A stretch of 58,121 nucleotides of DNA, filler included, from Sphacelaria rigidula (Eukaryota): NCBI GenBank assembly GCA_964200075.2. It is 5 parts of 5 records of this genome, joined end to end, with 100 filler letters (N's around TTAATTAATTAA, not from the genome) between each part and the next. Parts side by side here need not be neighbours in the genome. Positions count along the whole stretch, not along the records: positions 34,935 to 46,478 come from CAXNAA020004808.1; positions 46,579 to 58,121 come from CAXNAA020004809.1; 3 more parts are not named here. The stretch is one strand, 5' to 3'. How positions within the stretch are numbered: the stretch's first letter is position 1; each line of letters starts with the position of its first letter. The notes under the pieces were generated by a model. It saw only the letters and a list, made by a program, of their open reading frames with translations. It made no database searches and was not told the origin of the DNA. Positions 35,148 through 48,946 of the stretch are shown piece by piece. The position numbers were made by a program, and so were the translations under genes.

Positions 35148-38100
35148 GGGTGGAAACAACGACGGGTAATCCTAAGGAGGAGTTGCAGCGGAAGGCGGCG
35201 TTGGACAGGGAGAGAAGGGAAGCGAAGGAGCAGGCCGATGCCCGCGCTGAGGAGAGAGGTCACGTGAGAACATCATGAACTACATGAAGACATGGCAACG
35301 AGCATCACATTCGAATACTTGCGAGAGCTTTGTCAGAATTAAATTCTTTATGTAGTTCACTAGAGGTATCTCGAACTCGAGGTTCCCGATATATTCAACT
35401 GTAAATCACTGTGAAATATACCGGGTATCTCGAGTTTTAGATACCTCTACTAATGAGCTAGCTCTTCGTCCCGTTCCGGACCCCATTATACTGAGGCCAT
35501 CTGACTATGCAAATCATGTAATAATTTCCCAAAAGTGAAATCTCGTGTCTGTGCCCATTTGGAAACATGGGAGCATGATTTTCACACTGTCAGTTGGTAT
35601 CAGTATCATGAGGACGGGATGAAGACCTGACTACTACAGTAGAGCTTACGTATTTGTCGTGAAAATGGTTGATTACTTGATTTTAGAGTGAACGCCGATA
35701 TTCGGATTTTCATAGAGGCCGACAGTTCCGAGTGCTCTTCTTGATAGCTTGCCCAGAACGCGTTTTTGTCAACATCGGCGCCTCCCGATTTGAGATCTGA
35801 CAACGCACATCTTGTCTACCTAGAGCACCCGTCGTAACCCCCTTTCCCGAGGTTTCTCATATACCTGGGGTTGGAGTTAAGTATAGGGTTGGAGTCATTC
35901 AAAATCGTAAATTTCCGAGAACATGATGTCAACCATAATTACGGCAACTCGTGAGCACCCCTCGTCATACATGGGATATAAATGATCTGGGAGTGCTGGA
36001 CAGTGTGAAGTTCCTCCGGCCAGTGGTGCGACTACAGTACAGGCACTCTCGGGAGGTGGGATTGTGTGTTTCAAGTAAGCCCGCGAGGTATCTTCGACTG
36101 CCGACGAGTTAGTTGCTGGATAATCTTTATCACGCCGGCGTTTTCGTATCGTCAACCTCGAACCCGACCGCGGTTTATTCCGAAAAATCGAAATAAACAC
36201 TACCAAAAGCTCGAACTTGCCGACACACAGGAGGCGTTAACATTGGAACGGGATCTCCGGGGGGCTGCGGGTTTGGAGGAGGAGTTGAGGCGTCTGCAAG
36301 AGCTGGACCGCTGGAGGCGCCAAGGCCCTGGAGCCGCGGATGCTAACCTCGCCGCTCTGCGAGAGAGGGTGAGCTAGTGCAGGGACGCACCGATATGTGG
36401 CCTTGAGCTCGAAGCGGTTGAATGGGTCGAGTTTGGTGCCTTATCCGCCCGCCACTACTATCCATTTTGTTCTTGGCAAAACGGTGGGAAAAAAATTGAA
36501 AGACGTCTGGAGCAAAAATTGCGGCCGAGGAGGAGCAACCGAGATGATGTGGAGCGATCTATTCGCAAATGTGACAAAACAGTTTTTGATTATTTCCATG
36601 TACGTTTTTTTGTGTTTGTGTCCCGCAGGAGATGCGCCGACACAAGCTCGGCGACGCCCATGCAGATGCCCGGCTGCCCTTACAACAGAGAGCGCGGAAA
36701 CGTTCTGGAAGGGCGTCCACCGAAGCTAGGGACGGGGAGGGGGCAGGACGGCCCGTCACTTTGTCGGGACAAAAGGTGGGCTTGTTTTGATCGATTGGCA
36801 AACACGCTGCAGTGTGCTCGTAGGACTTCCCTGTCGTGCAGCAGGGTGTTTTCGTCGTGATAAACATTTGCCCTGAACGTGTTCTCTTCCTATTATGCAG
36901 GAGCGATTGTGCAGAAGTCACGTTGACTTGAGCCATTCTTGTTCTGTACTTGACACTTTTTGACTCGTAACATTTCGGACGTGACGATTTATACCTCCTC
37001 ATGTCGCTCCACATCACGATGCTTCCTACTCGTGCTTACCCCGAACACGACAAAGGTGGACGACACAAAGTGGCGCCAATGGCCCGGATGGTGGCCGACA
37101 CCCCAGCCCCAACCCGCCCGCAGCCCCGCCACCGCAACTGCTGCTGCCGCGGCCGCCGCCGCGAAGGCGACAGCATCGCACCCCTCACCTCCCCGCACCG
37201 CCGTAACAGGGCGCGAACGCGTGCGTCTTATCGAACAAACGCGTCGTGGACTGTTGGACTCCGCTTTGCGCGCCGAAGACCAAGGGCACGGCCGCGCTCG
37301 CGCCGATGCCTCTGTACCCGCCGTCCCCGCCGTCCCCGCTGCCGCTGCTGCCGCTGCTGCCGCTGCTGCCGCTGCTGCCGCTGCTACTACTCCTGCTGCG
37401 GACAACGCAGATGTTGGGCTTCAAGGTGGGGAGTTGGGGAAAGGGCATCGAGAAGGCGCAGGGGCTGGTGATGTGACAGTCGCGGGGGTCAATCGCGGGC
37501 ATTTCACCACCCCGGCTGCTTTTGCCGGCAGGGCGGGGGCTTCGGCCGCGAGTGAGTCGACGGCCGCGGCGGCTGCTGCTACGTCCGGAGGATTCAGGAG
37601 ACCACTATCCTCGACCAATGCTGCAGTGTCAAGTGCGCGTCCTCCTGGCCAAGCTGCGCATGTCGGTGCTTCGGATCGTGCTGCTGATGATCACCTGGGG
37701 GGAACGGGACGAATTAAAAGCGACGCCGGCCCCGGCGGCCGTGGTGGAAATGACCGAGGCGAACGTACGTACTTCGAAGATGAGCAGGGTGCTGACCTAA
37801 GTCGGGATTCATTGACACCATTACGACCATCAACGCCACCGTCACCTGAAAGTTTACTTGCGGCTGCGGCGACCGAGGAGGCGGCGGCGGGGGCGGCGGC
37901 GGCGGCAGGAGCCACAGCTCCATCGCGCCCTCAAACTCCTCACATTGCTGCCGAGACACCTTCGAGGGCGACGGCTTCTACTACCTCGCGTGGCACCGAG
38001 GACGGTGGTGGTCGCGGTGACGATCGAGCGACGACTGGACAACAGGATGGTCCGGAGGGGCTGCGGCAGAGGGGAGGAGGGAAACGGCCACGTGAACGTA

Positions 38101-41100
38101 TAGATGATCGAGGCAACGCGAGGAGGGGGCAGCTGGCGAGACGTTCTGAAGTAGAGGTCCGCGTGCCGCACACGCAGCAGGTGCGCCTTGGCTGTTTTGA
38201 GGGGAGTTCCCTACGGAGAATCGGGTCCGGGGTGGACGTGTACGTTCGGTGGCGTGGTTAGTAGATGTGCTGAGGGTGCATGGCTAACGTGTCGTCAAGA
38301 ATGGCGATCTCGCGATACAGGAGGGGTAGTTGCCCGCTTTATTCTATTTTTCGATTCGGAAAGGCACGTGCTGACGTCTAGTTTGCCATTGATATTTTTC
38401 TCGCCACGTGAGAATACATTACTCTGTCGTAACTTAACCGGTGCCGCCTGAATCTTGAGGTTATGCACTTCTTGCCTGCTCTACATTCATGTACAGCTAC
38501 GGCATTGCAGTGAACCACAAATGAGTACGCCTCCCCCCCCCCCCTTCCTCCCGTCTCGCCTCCAGCTCCCCAAGGAGGCTGATGTTGGGTGGGATGCGGA
38601 CTCCGAAAGATCGCCACAGTCCGCCAACGTGCCTGTCGGTAGGACCGGCGGCCATCCCGATCAATACCCACCGGATAGTGCCCTGCAAGATCCTCGACGG
38701 ACGGGGATGAACCAGCGAGTTCCAGATGGAGTGGTATCGAGCGCTGGCGCGTGGCGAGGCGGTGATGAACACGGTGATGTGGGTAGCGTGGGACGGACAG
38801 TGTCACCGCACACGGTGGCACCAGTTGAGCGGAAATCCACCACCGCTGTTGCTGCTGTAGCCGGTGATGCGTCGGCAGCCGGCTCTGCGAGGATGATGCA
38901 AGACGAAGAGGGGGGGAGGCATGAACGGAATCCTAGCGTGACGTCAGCATTAAGGAAGATATCGGCGACTAAACCGATGATGGTTGACGCGGCCACTTGG
39001 ACGGAACCAACAACGATGGGAGAATCCGGAGAACGCGCTCAGCGGGAGGGGACGGCAGCGCCGGCGCCGGTCGAGGCTGTGGTCGCGGAGGGTCCACAAG
39101 CCGAGGCACCAATGAAGGCAGGGGCTACCTTTGAAACCGAACCTTCTTTATCGTCTGTGTCGGTCGCCGCTAGTGGGGTGCCCTCCGAGGCTGCGGAATC
39201 ACGACCACAAGCTGACGACGCCGGGTTGGAGAAAAAAACGCACGAGGTTAACTGGCAGGGTTCGCAAGAAACGCCCAACGTGAGCAATGCCGCCGCCGCC
39301 CCGTACGCAGGTGCTACAGTTACAGGCCATGCCGGCAGCGACCTCGCTGAGATGAGCCCGCACTCGGGGGGCGCGGCTGTATTGCTCCCCGACAGCACGC
39401 ACGAGCCTCCTCAAAAATCAAACACCGAGGCCGAACAAAAGGTAGGCGGAGAGCACAGCGTGCACGATGATGACGCCGATTACCCCACAATGGAAGAGCT
39501 AGGCTTCCGACAGAGCAGCGACAGCGATTATACACGAATTTTCGTCCAGCAGGGGGAGCGAGCGCGGGGAAAATCCCGCGATGAAGCCGGAACAACAGAG
39601 TCCGCGGCGGTCTCCACTTTGCCGCTACAGGCAACCCGCGTGGAGGGGGACTCTTTTTCCCGACCGCCGATGTCCGATTTGCGAAGTGGTGATGGTCACC
39701 CCGCCGAGCGGCCTGATCGATATAGTTTGGCAGCGGGAACGGGGATGGATCGTGGTGGTGACAGCGGTGGCGCAGGAGGAGACTGGGGGACGGGGGAACA
39801 CGTAGAAGATGCCAGCGTTTCGGTTGTCACAAGTAGCTCGTCAACTTTGCCGCCGCTAGACCAAGAGCTCGCGGAGTTGCTGCAAAGGTGCGGTGTTGCA
39901 AAATCACATTCTAGGGTGATATTCACGGTTTCGGTCTCGATTTCCTTTGCTCTCAAGCTCCCCCCTCAACTGGTTAACAGGGGATGTGAGCAGTGCTGAA
40001 GCCGTCGGTTTTTCTTATCCCAACCATTTTTACGTCTCCTGTTGCCCGCTTAACTTCGGGGATTTTGTTTTCGACGTGTTGGTGGCAACCTGGGCTTCAG
40101 CCCGGGACCTTCCGCTCATGAAGCGTGCAGAGTTATCTCGTGGTTTCGCCAATGTGAAAGGGTGGTTCCTCGACGGACACTTGTGAGAAAATTACCCTCC
40201 TATCATGGGATATCCACACTTGCGTACGTGTCAAGTTTTCTTTTTTTGTTCCATCTTCCTTCTAAATTTAATATCGGCTAGCATATCGCTACTCTCTCGC
40301 GCGCCCCTGCCCCCCCTCCCCACTCTCCGCCCTATATCCAGGACGCGCGGTTAACTACCTAGTGACTTGAGAACGGCAAAACATGAGGTACCCTCCCCTC
40401 CTCCCTCCTCCTTCCCCGTCCTGCCCGCCCGCACCGACCCCATCTGATATTCACAGACATCGGCGCCTCGACAAGGAGGCGGAGAAGCTTACTCGCCGTG
40501 CCGAGGCGGACGCGTTCGAATGGGGCTTCAACACTTCGGCGCCATCCTCCCCAGACGGGCATGGCAACAGCTTCTCATCGCCACGACGGGACCACGCTGT
40601 TGGCGACCACCGACTTTCCCCCGCTTCTCCGGCGGCGGCGGCGGCAGCGTTCGGGGCGAGGGTAACAGCGACGGCGGCAAGCGCGTGTGGAGAACACCGT
40701 GGTAGAAGATATTCGAGGGCTCGAGGTGTGATGGATGCGTTACCGGAAGAGCTCGAATTGCGGGACAGGATGGGCGTGGGGAGTAGTAGCGGTGGAGACG
40801 GAGGGGGGTCGTCAAGTGCCACGCCGACGTCAGTGTCATCTCCGTCTGTTGCGGGACGTGATCGCACGGGTGAGGGGGAACACAGTAGCGGCGGCGGCGG
40901 CGGGGGCGGGTGGGGCGGCCGTGGTGAGTGTTTCTTGTGTTGTAAGCGCTTGTGAAGAGATCACGGTGTTGCAGAGACGGTAGCTTCGCGACAAAACGGT
41001 CGCTCTTTTTCCAAGCTTGCACCGCACCTAACACTGCGTATTTTCGACCTTGGCCGTTGGAAGCCAACCCAGTTTTGTCGTCCCGTCGATGGAAACAGCG

Positions 41101-44100
41101 CAGGGACAGTCACCGCGGGAAGAGGAGACTCCTTCTCGAGAGCGTTTCGCCGTATTCAGGCGACGTATAGCGGGTTTCTGTATCTTGAGATGATGGTGCT
41201 GTAGAAGCAGTATCGGCATGGTAAAGATGCTGTAGATTGCACCTAACTTGTTCGCCGTATAAGCACGAGGACACGTATTTTGCGGCCTTCGTCACATGTG
41301 AACGCAAAACTCCGCTGAACTTTATTCTCTAAAGCAATATCTATGTGACTTCTGCCGATGTTCTGATCTGAATCGCACGGGAACAGTATCATGGGACGAT
41401 GAAATAGCAAAGGCATTCTCGAGGCAAGGGCCGGCGGTGCCCGGGTGGCGAGATAGGTGGCGGCGACCTGATGGCGACGCGATTGCCGGGTCGCGCGCAG
41501 CGCTTGGAGTATGGGAAGACGCGGCATCATTGCCGGATGAGGAGGCGAAGCGCGGGACTGGAGATATGCAGCCCCAGGGAAATATGGATACTGCCCAGGA
41601 GGTACGGCCAAAGGCCCGATCCTAAGCATCCTTGTTCAAAGCATAAGGCTGGGTTGACGTGTACCTTTTCCGGTCTCACGGTTGAACTGAACGATCGACT
41701 GTCCTTAGGCGGTGTCGGGGTGGGACATTCACAAGCTGAAGAATTCGGTCGATCACGAACTACTGATCCACAGCAGATTTAATCTTATGGGTATCGTTTC
41801 GGAATCCGTGCGCTAAACCGACCGTCCTGCTGAATTTATTTTGGAAGGTTGGCGCCCTCCGTGACCACAAATAGGGTGCTCTGAATCCTAGTTGTGGTAA
41901 AGTACAGTTGAACCTCGTTTCAGCCCAGAGGAAGACAGCTCGCGATGATCTGCTTCCTCTTTTTGGTGGCCGTCGACCAAATCAGCGAGGGCAGGGATTT
42001 TGGCGATGGAAAGCCCTGACCAGCAGCTTTTGAAGAAGCGTACCAGTAGGACAGAGGGTAACATGAAGTTGATGATGCTACGTGTGAAATTACCAGATTC
42101 GAATCATGGGTTGAATGTCGTAGTTCAGCTTAGTGTGCAGCCATTTTAAGTCAACGCAGATCACACTACACACCAACGCGAACCTAACGTAACCGGACTT
42201 GACCCTATCAAATGAAAACGAAAACCGCCAAATAGGTAACGGAGTGGGCGAGGCGCATACAAGCCTCCATAGAGAGCATGAACAAGCTGGTGGACGGGTT
42301 CCAGATGGCTACCGCCGTTGCCGGCGCTGGAGCCAACAGTACCCACGGCAGCAGTGGCAGCGGCTCAACCCCTTTCAGGTCAGCCGAGTCATCCTCTTCC
42401 CCAACCGACACCGCGGCAACTGGCACTTCTCGTCTTGGCGATGCCGGTTTCAAGGGCTCATCCACTTCGCGTAAATCATCCCATGGGGGCGGCATTGGAG
42501 GAGGAGTGGACATAACACCCTCCTTCGCCCCCGGCGCCCAAAACTTCGCCACGGCACAGCTGGGCTTCCGTCGCGGCTTAGAAGGACTCTTGGCGGACAG
42601 GTCGCGCGGGAAGGGGGCCGCGGCGGCGGTGGCAGCGGTAGGGACGGCCGCTTCGGCGCAATCATCATCAGCGAGCGAGGGAGCGGGGGCGCATCATAAT
42701 TCTCCCCTCGTTGACGCATCTCGCCGCCAATATACCGGGTCAGCGGCGAGCAGTACGACAAAGGATGAACCAAGAACAATGGAAGTGGCTGCATCGCCTT
42801 TGCTGGATGATTCAATTGATAAAACAAGCGGACGTGCCTGCGGAGCTGCCAACTTGTCTGTCTCGACCCCTGGAGGTATCAGTGACGTTGAATCTTCCAG
42901 CGGTGTCGTCAGCCGGCGTGGGGGTAGTGATGAAAGTGACCATGGTCGTGGTAGTCTTGAGGGTGGGGTCGGATTCACGGCTATTGTCGACAGGATGGAA
43001 TCCTTCAACGCAGCCGACGCTAGCGCCGACACGCTGGAGGAGCTGGGAGAACGGCTTCTGGGGTCACGCTTACCCGGCAAAACCGGCCTGCGACGTCGGC
43101 CGTTTCACCGGTCCACAATCGCCGAGGACGACAGCGATGGCGATCGTGCGAGAAGGTTATCGTCATCCTTGTCTATGTCGGTCAGTGAGTCCCCCGCCGC
43201 CTCCGCTGAGGCGCTTAACCCCGCATCCAACCCATCGGTTTCGACCTCTTATGAAAACGAAAGTACCGGTTGGGAAGAAACGAAGGGTGGAGAATATGAG
43301 GTAAGGTCTAGCGGACGGTTTTCGGCGACGGCAGGGGCAGCCGGTGGCGGCAGTGACGGCGATCAGAAGAGGGATGCGGGAATAGCTCGGGGTGTATCCG
43401 GTGTTCGTGGATGGAGGGAGGGATCTGTGACGTCGTGGAGCAGCAATTCGTTCGGGCCAGACCTGGAGGCAGAGATCGCGAGCTTGGAGGCGCTTGCGGC
43501 GTCTTTACAGCGACGGAATATGCGCTCGGACACTGGGGTAAATAAGTGGCGCCTGTTGCAAGTAGGCTATTGTTTTTTGCGTTCGTGGATTGTGAGTTGG
43601 AAAGTTCAGTAAAACTTGATAACTTTGTGAGATTACTTTCGAGTCGAATCGTTATTTCGTTCATGACTAAATATCTGTTCAGTCGCTCTCCGCGTGTATG
43701 TGTTCCCGCTGTTCGGTACCGACAATCTATTTGACGGACCTACAGGTATGTAGAATCCAGTGGCGGAAGCTCAAAAAGCGTCGTGCTCCTACTGCGGCGT
43801 TACCTCACTCCCCCCTATTCCCACAAACCCTGTTCCCTGACCCTGTGACGGCCAATCCAACCTGCGCAATTCCATGCAAACGTTAGCCAACATCACCCGT
43901 CCAGCAGCAACAAGGCTTGGAGGATCACCATCGCGCCATTCGAACAGCGTCTTTCGCGGCATCCTCGTTATCCTCGCTGGCCGATGATCTCGGACAACGC
44001 TTAGGCCTAGGAGGTCAAGCCTTCGCTGACGGCGATGCGACAGCAGCGGTGACGGCGACGGCGAGAACGGATGCTCACGATTCTGCCATCGCAATAGCAA

Positions 44101-46478
44101 CAGCAACAGCAACAGCAGTAGCAGCATCAGGAGTGAGGCAGGGAGCAGTAACGACAGCAAAGTCTACCACATCCGCCGGGCTGCAAAGTGTCATGGATTC
44201 TGTTACGCAGCGGCCACGACCCGCCGGGGACGAACCAATTCCATCCGGCGGGGCGCGAGCCGCCGTCGATGGGCAGCAGACGCCGCCACATGACTCGTCC
44301 ACTTCATCTATGGACTCCTACGAAAACATTATTCATGAACTGCATAAGCTGAAAGCAACAGTCGCTGACCTTGCGCCGGGACCGCCTTCCCGACTGTCGT
44401 CTACCCCAATACCGTCGGTATTTCCTCCATCCACAACCGCACCAGGCGCGACAAGCACGACGGATCCCGCGTTGCCAATGGGAAGAACGCCTGCCGTTAG
44501 TCCTGGCCTATCGGCAGCTGCAGCTGGGGTGGGGCCGGCTGCAGGGGTCCGAAATAGGGCGTTCGCAACCAGTGTAGAGCAAGGAACCCGCGTCGAAACT
44601 GCCGAGCAAGTTACGATTCCCAGCGGCGACGGTGGATCGGAATGGTGGCGGCGGCGGGATAATGACGTGGGAAGCTCGATTGAACGGATGGAGTCCGAAA
44701 GGCGGGAGGCACATGCGGCGCGGGAACCGCTTTCGTCCTCGCGTGGGCTGCGCTGGTCGGATTCGGCGGGAGGGACTGATGAGAACGAGCGGACTTTTGA
44801 GAGCGGCAGAGAGGAAGAAAAGGGCATTGCTGATGAGGGACACCGGTTGCGGGTGCAAGGAGAGGGTGGTCTGGTTGGTCGAGCAAGATTGACATCGCCA
44901 GTTGCCTCTGCGGCTGAGGCTGGCGACGTAAATGACGAGTACCGAGGCAGCGACTTGGACGTCACGTACGCTGACCAAAGTCACGATCGGTTTCGTGCAC
45001 CCAGTCTTACCCACTCCGTGATTGAAGTTGTTACCGGTGGTTCATCATCCGCCGAAATCTCACCGCTGCTGGCAACACCCCGAGAAGCAGGCGGTGTCGG
45101 CGCTGGTACCGGATTCCATGGAGGCCACGGCAGAGCTAGCAGTGCGCCTAGAGTTAGCGGGGGACTCGACGCGAGCAATTGGGAAGATGAAGAGGCCGAA
45201 TCGGCTAACGATGAGGCATTCGTTACTTCTCCCTTCTCCGTCAACGCTGTCCGGTCGCCCGTCGACGGTAATGTCCAAGTTGGTTCCGACAGCGCTGCAG
45301 GCGGTACCGGTGGCGCCGGGGGGGAAAACTCTCACGGACGCGGTGCTGTTCGTGCGGGTGGCCGCGGAGACGACGGAACGGGGCGTGTGGGTCGCGCGAG
45401 GAGGACTAGGGTCTGGGGTGTCATCCCTCGTCGCCGCGATCGCGGGGCGACCGACAGCGCCTTGGTGGTGAACACCGATAGTGCGTCCTCGGAGAGTTTC
45501 GATGACAGTAACAGCGGCAGTAGCGTGGGGTACCTCGGAAGTCGTGTTCGCGAGAGGAATATATTTGGAGTCAGAGAAGGCGACAGCGGCGGGGACAGTG
45601 AGATTGACACTCGTGCGGCTTCACAACCTGCCGCCGCCGCCACCGCCGCCGCCGCCGTCGCTGCTGCTACTGCTGACTCTGCGGCCGTAGAGGAAGCGAC
45701 GATTGACCGAGTACGCAACAGTGACGATCGAGGCGAACAAGGGGCTAGCGGGGAGCGCCTGGCTGACCATGCAGTGCGGAGCGAACACAGCGACACCATG
45801 AGTAGGAAATACCGAGATCGTGGGAGAGCTTCCGGAGGCAGCGATGATGGTAGCGTGAGAGGCGGAAGCGGGAATCCAAACCTGTCCATCGACGCTGACC
45901 TCGCGCAGAAAGAGTCTTCCTACACCAGCAGTAAGCAACAGCTCCCTCTCGAGGAGCTCTCGCCACTCGAGGCCCCGGGCTGGGGATCCCTGGCGGAATA
46001 TATCGAAGGGGATTCGAAAACCTCCAGCGATGGGTCGGGGCTTGACTGCAAAGACAACGATATTCTTGGCCAGCAGTCGCAGCACGAGCAGGCATCTGTG
46101 GAGGCTGCCAGCTCAGACGGTGTTTGCGAACGTAAGGGGAGTGACGAAAGTGGCGGGGGCAGATGGGACGGCGCGCAGGTACAAGAACCCGATACTTTTG
46201 ACGCAGGTAGGCAAGAAGTTGCGCTTGGTGATGATGAGGAAGGACGAGGACGTGGCGCCGCTGTTCAGTTCGAGGACGGTTGCAGCTCCCGAAAGGAAGG
46301 ACGCGATAGTGCCGCAGGTGTGGAGACAGCGACACAGGGTGCGGGGGATGCCAGAGAGGAGCAGAGGTCGACGGTGAATGAGTCGGGTCAGCGTGATGCA
46401 AAAAAAAACGAGGACCGCGGAAGGCGGGGGGGCGGGAGCGGGGGGGGGGAGGGGGGGGGGGGGGGGGGGGGGGCGGGG
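35148..46478 (+). CDS. Partial multi-exon host gene, >2,400 aa, Ala/Gly/Ser/Glu/Arg-rich, predicted disordered with short coiled-coil segments; function unknown
   Basis: Phase-compatible AG/GT exons with no stops: 35148-35263, 36231-36368, 36629-36775, 37056-38180, 38566-39887, 40457-40923, 41387-41601, 42236-43537 (alternative end 43561) and 43905->46478. Start and stop lie outside the contig. Confidence 0.8.
35362..35448. mobile_element. Tiny hairpin MITE in intron, ACT TSD
   Basis: act|agaggtatctcgaactcgag ... ctcgagttttagatacctct|act. Confidence 0.75.
37056..38180 (+). CDS. Large exon of the contig-4 gene (poly-Ala rich)
   Basis: aag|GTG acceptor and CAG|gtgcgc donor; 375 codons within ORF 36960-38261. 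A (GCCGCTGCT)n repeat at about 37335-37385 encodes poly-Ala. Confidence 0.8.
38566..39887 (+). CDS. Large exon of the contig-4 gene
   Basis: Pyrimidine tract plus ccag acceptor, AG|gtgcgg donor (phase 2). Joins 40457 to give LAELLQRHRRLDKEAEKL. Confidence 0.82.
42236..43537 (+). CDS. Large exon of the contig-4 gene (Ser/Gly rich)
   Basis: tag|GTA acceptor in frame with ORF 42278-43612. Ends with the coil-like DLEAEIASLEALAASLQRR. Confidence 0.8.
43905..46478 (+). CDS. Largest exon of the contig-4 gene, truncated by contig end
   Basis: >850 open codons (ORF 43917-46526) after a ccag acceptor. Confidence 0.85.
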
Positions 46479-46578
46479 NNNNNNNNNNNNNNNNNNNNNN
46501 NNNNNNNNNNNNNNNNNNNNNNTTAATTAATTAANNNNNNNNNNNNNNNNNNNNNNNNNNNNNNNNNNNNNNNNNNNN
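46479..46578. other. Assembly linker
   Basis: N-run with TTAATTAATTAA. Confidence 0.98.
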
Positions 46579-46793
46579 CCCCCAGGTCTCTTCGGTGGTT
46601 TTGCGGGGGCGGCGGGGGGGGGGGTTTACACCCCCCCCCCCCCCCCCCCCCGGCTCGTGAGGGGGCCCCGCCGGGGGCGCCGCCGGAGGCAAGAAAATTA
46701 CGCCATTTGGCTTCACATCTCTTCAAAATCGCGGTAAACTCTAGCCGCCTAGCGCCAGCAATTCGCGAGCACGTTATCGGTGCACGAAAATAT

Positions 46794-47192
46794 CACACGC
46801 GGTCATTTGGCTACCCTCATAAAAATCCTCTACCGCGGTTTTCATCCTCTCGAGGGTAAAATACCCTCTCGAGGGTAAAATACCCTCTCGAGGGTATGTC
46901 ATCTCCAGGTGCGGTCATGAACGAATCCTCTGGAGGGCATCTGATGCTCCAGTGACTCCTGAGGTCTGAATCCCTCGAAAGTAACAATGAAGATGGTGCT
47001 CTGGAGGGCCGCGAATCCTTAAAATTCCTCTGGAGGATGCGCGGCCCTCCAGAGGCAAAACTAGCCGTTGGGGGCGTTTGATCCCACCCCTCTGGACGGC
47101 CGTGCACCCTCTGGAGGCATTCAATTCCTCTGGAGGCTGGAATAGTTGACCGGAACAGAGTAGTTTTGGGGTTAGCCGAATGGCCGCGTTTG
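46794..47192. mobile_element. CAC-ended non-autonomous DNA transposon (CMC/CACTA-like), TSD AT
   Basis: TIR cacacgcggtcatttggctaccc / gggttagccgaatggccgcgtttg. Internal triple (c)cctctcgagggta(aaata) repeat. Confidence 0.8.
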
Positions 47193-48115
47193 ATACATGT
47201 GCGAGCTGGGTTGGCCTAGATGCGGATTCAAGCTCTCAAAGCAATATCTTATTGACACAGACGAGTTGGGCCATGATCTGCACATCGTATTAATCGCCTG
47301 ATCATTATGGGGAAGGTGCCCATATGCTCAAAAGTCTGGGCCAATTTTGTCTCGTTGATTAAATCCGAAGTCTAGTAATCCCTATACTGTACAGAGATAG
47401 CGCCTATACTAAAGTCTACTGAAACCCCGAACGATAGATATACAGCGGATGGTCACGATTTTTGTTGTGGACATTCCCTGAAGCACGGGAAAACGATCGA
47501 TATACCTCCACTTTTGCCTAACTCATTATCTGTCTCGAGATATGGCGCACATAAGATTCTTCACTAAAACCGATGTATTTCGAGCAGGAGCACTTGATGC
47601 ACTAAATCTGGATATTGCGTCTCAGTTTTTGAGAGTTGTGCTTTGAAATTTCGTATGGAGAATCGCTATTATAGTGCATGATGAAGAATGAAATCATCGT
47701 TTTCGATTTTCTTCATTTTATTTTTCATTCCTTTCATTTTTTGTTTTTTCCAGGAGAGTTTAAGAAAAATGGATAGTGCTCCCGAACCTCATCTCAATTT
47801 TTCAGCTCAATTCATAGAATTGAGATTTTGAACTTATCATGCATGGTGAATTGCAAAGGCATGCCGAAAAAAAAAATGGGCATTCATTGTTTTTAGAGGT
47901 ACGGGCCTCCTCGTGGAAATATGGTATTTCCTATACTATACTAAAGCGTTCTAAGCAAGTGAAAATATATATACATGTATATATCAACTTTTCCCACTTT
48001 TTTTGGTTGGTTATGGCCTAGCGAGATCTCACGCAAAGATTGAAAACACTAGCACCAAACCTGGACCAGTAAATTGAGTGGGAAATATTATTGTTCCGAA
48101 TTTCACCCAGCCCAT

Positions 48116-48400
48116 TTTGTAGAACGCCCCGTCTAACCTTGATTTTGCGAGTTGGACTTTGAAATTTGGTACGGCAGGAGAACAGGGCATACTCAAAAGC
48201 TGTCGATGGGGACGTGCAGCGTTCTATTTCTTGAATTGACGGTGTTTTTTTAGTATGTCGGTACTTATTATTGCCCTTAAATCAAGGGGGGGGGGGAATC
48301 TGCACGTCCCGAGCGACAGCTTTTTAGCATGCTCTATTCTTCCTCCGTGCCAAATTCCAAAATCCAACTCGCAAAACCAAGGTGAGACGAGGTCTGCAAA
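48116..48400. mobile_element. Foldback MITE
   Basis: ~100-bp inverted arms: 48116-48219 versus 48300-48400. Confidence 0.75.
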
Positions 48401-48946
48401 CCACAAATTCGCGTCTAGGCCGGCCCAGCTCGCATGCGGGAAAAGGAAATATCGCTGCGAACTTTGCGACGTGAATAAAAAACACGAAGCGGTGAGACAA
48501 AAGTGCAAGTCCGCGTGCACCACCCAAGCGCCAGGAACTACTAGTGGCACAACTTGGTATAACGCTTTTGAGTGTGACTTCATCAGCCAGGAAAAATTAC
48601 CAGAAATCTCGGCTCTTCCTCATGCTTCGGTATCACATTGACCAGCCACCACTGAACGCTTAACGCTTGATGCCGACAGAACAAAGCAAAGCACACACAA
48701 CAACGCTACGAAACGCAGTCTTGCTTCACATTTCATATCCGCTCAATCTATAACTCTCCGCGCCTAATCTCCATTTTGTTTTATATTAGGATATATTTTC
48801 TGCGATATTCGTGTCTACGTCTAGGTATGTGCGCTGTGTGCGGTCATGTACTCGCCTCTGTAACAGCGTCCCCACGGTCATTGTAGTACGACAATACTTC
48901 AGAAATATAATAACTGGTTCAACTGAGTACAAAAACGATCAGTTAA

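Noticed and set aside
40342-40387. Micro-exon between ccag and gtaccc
   Set aside because: Stops in all three frames, and the flanking exons (39887 to 40457) already join in phase.
36989-46401. Numerous minus-strand and alternate-frame ORFs over the contig-4 gene and over the Gypsy element
   Set aside because: Shadow ORFs of GC-rich coding sequence with no independent motifs.
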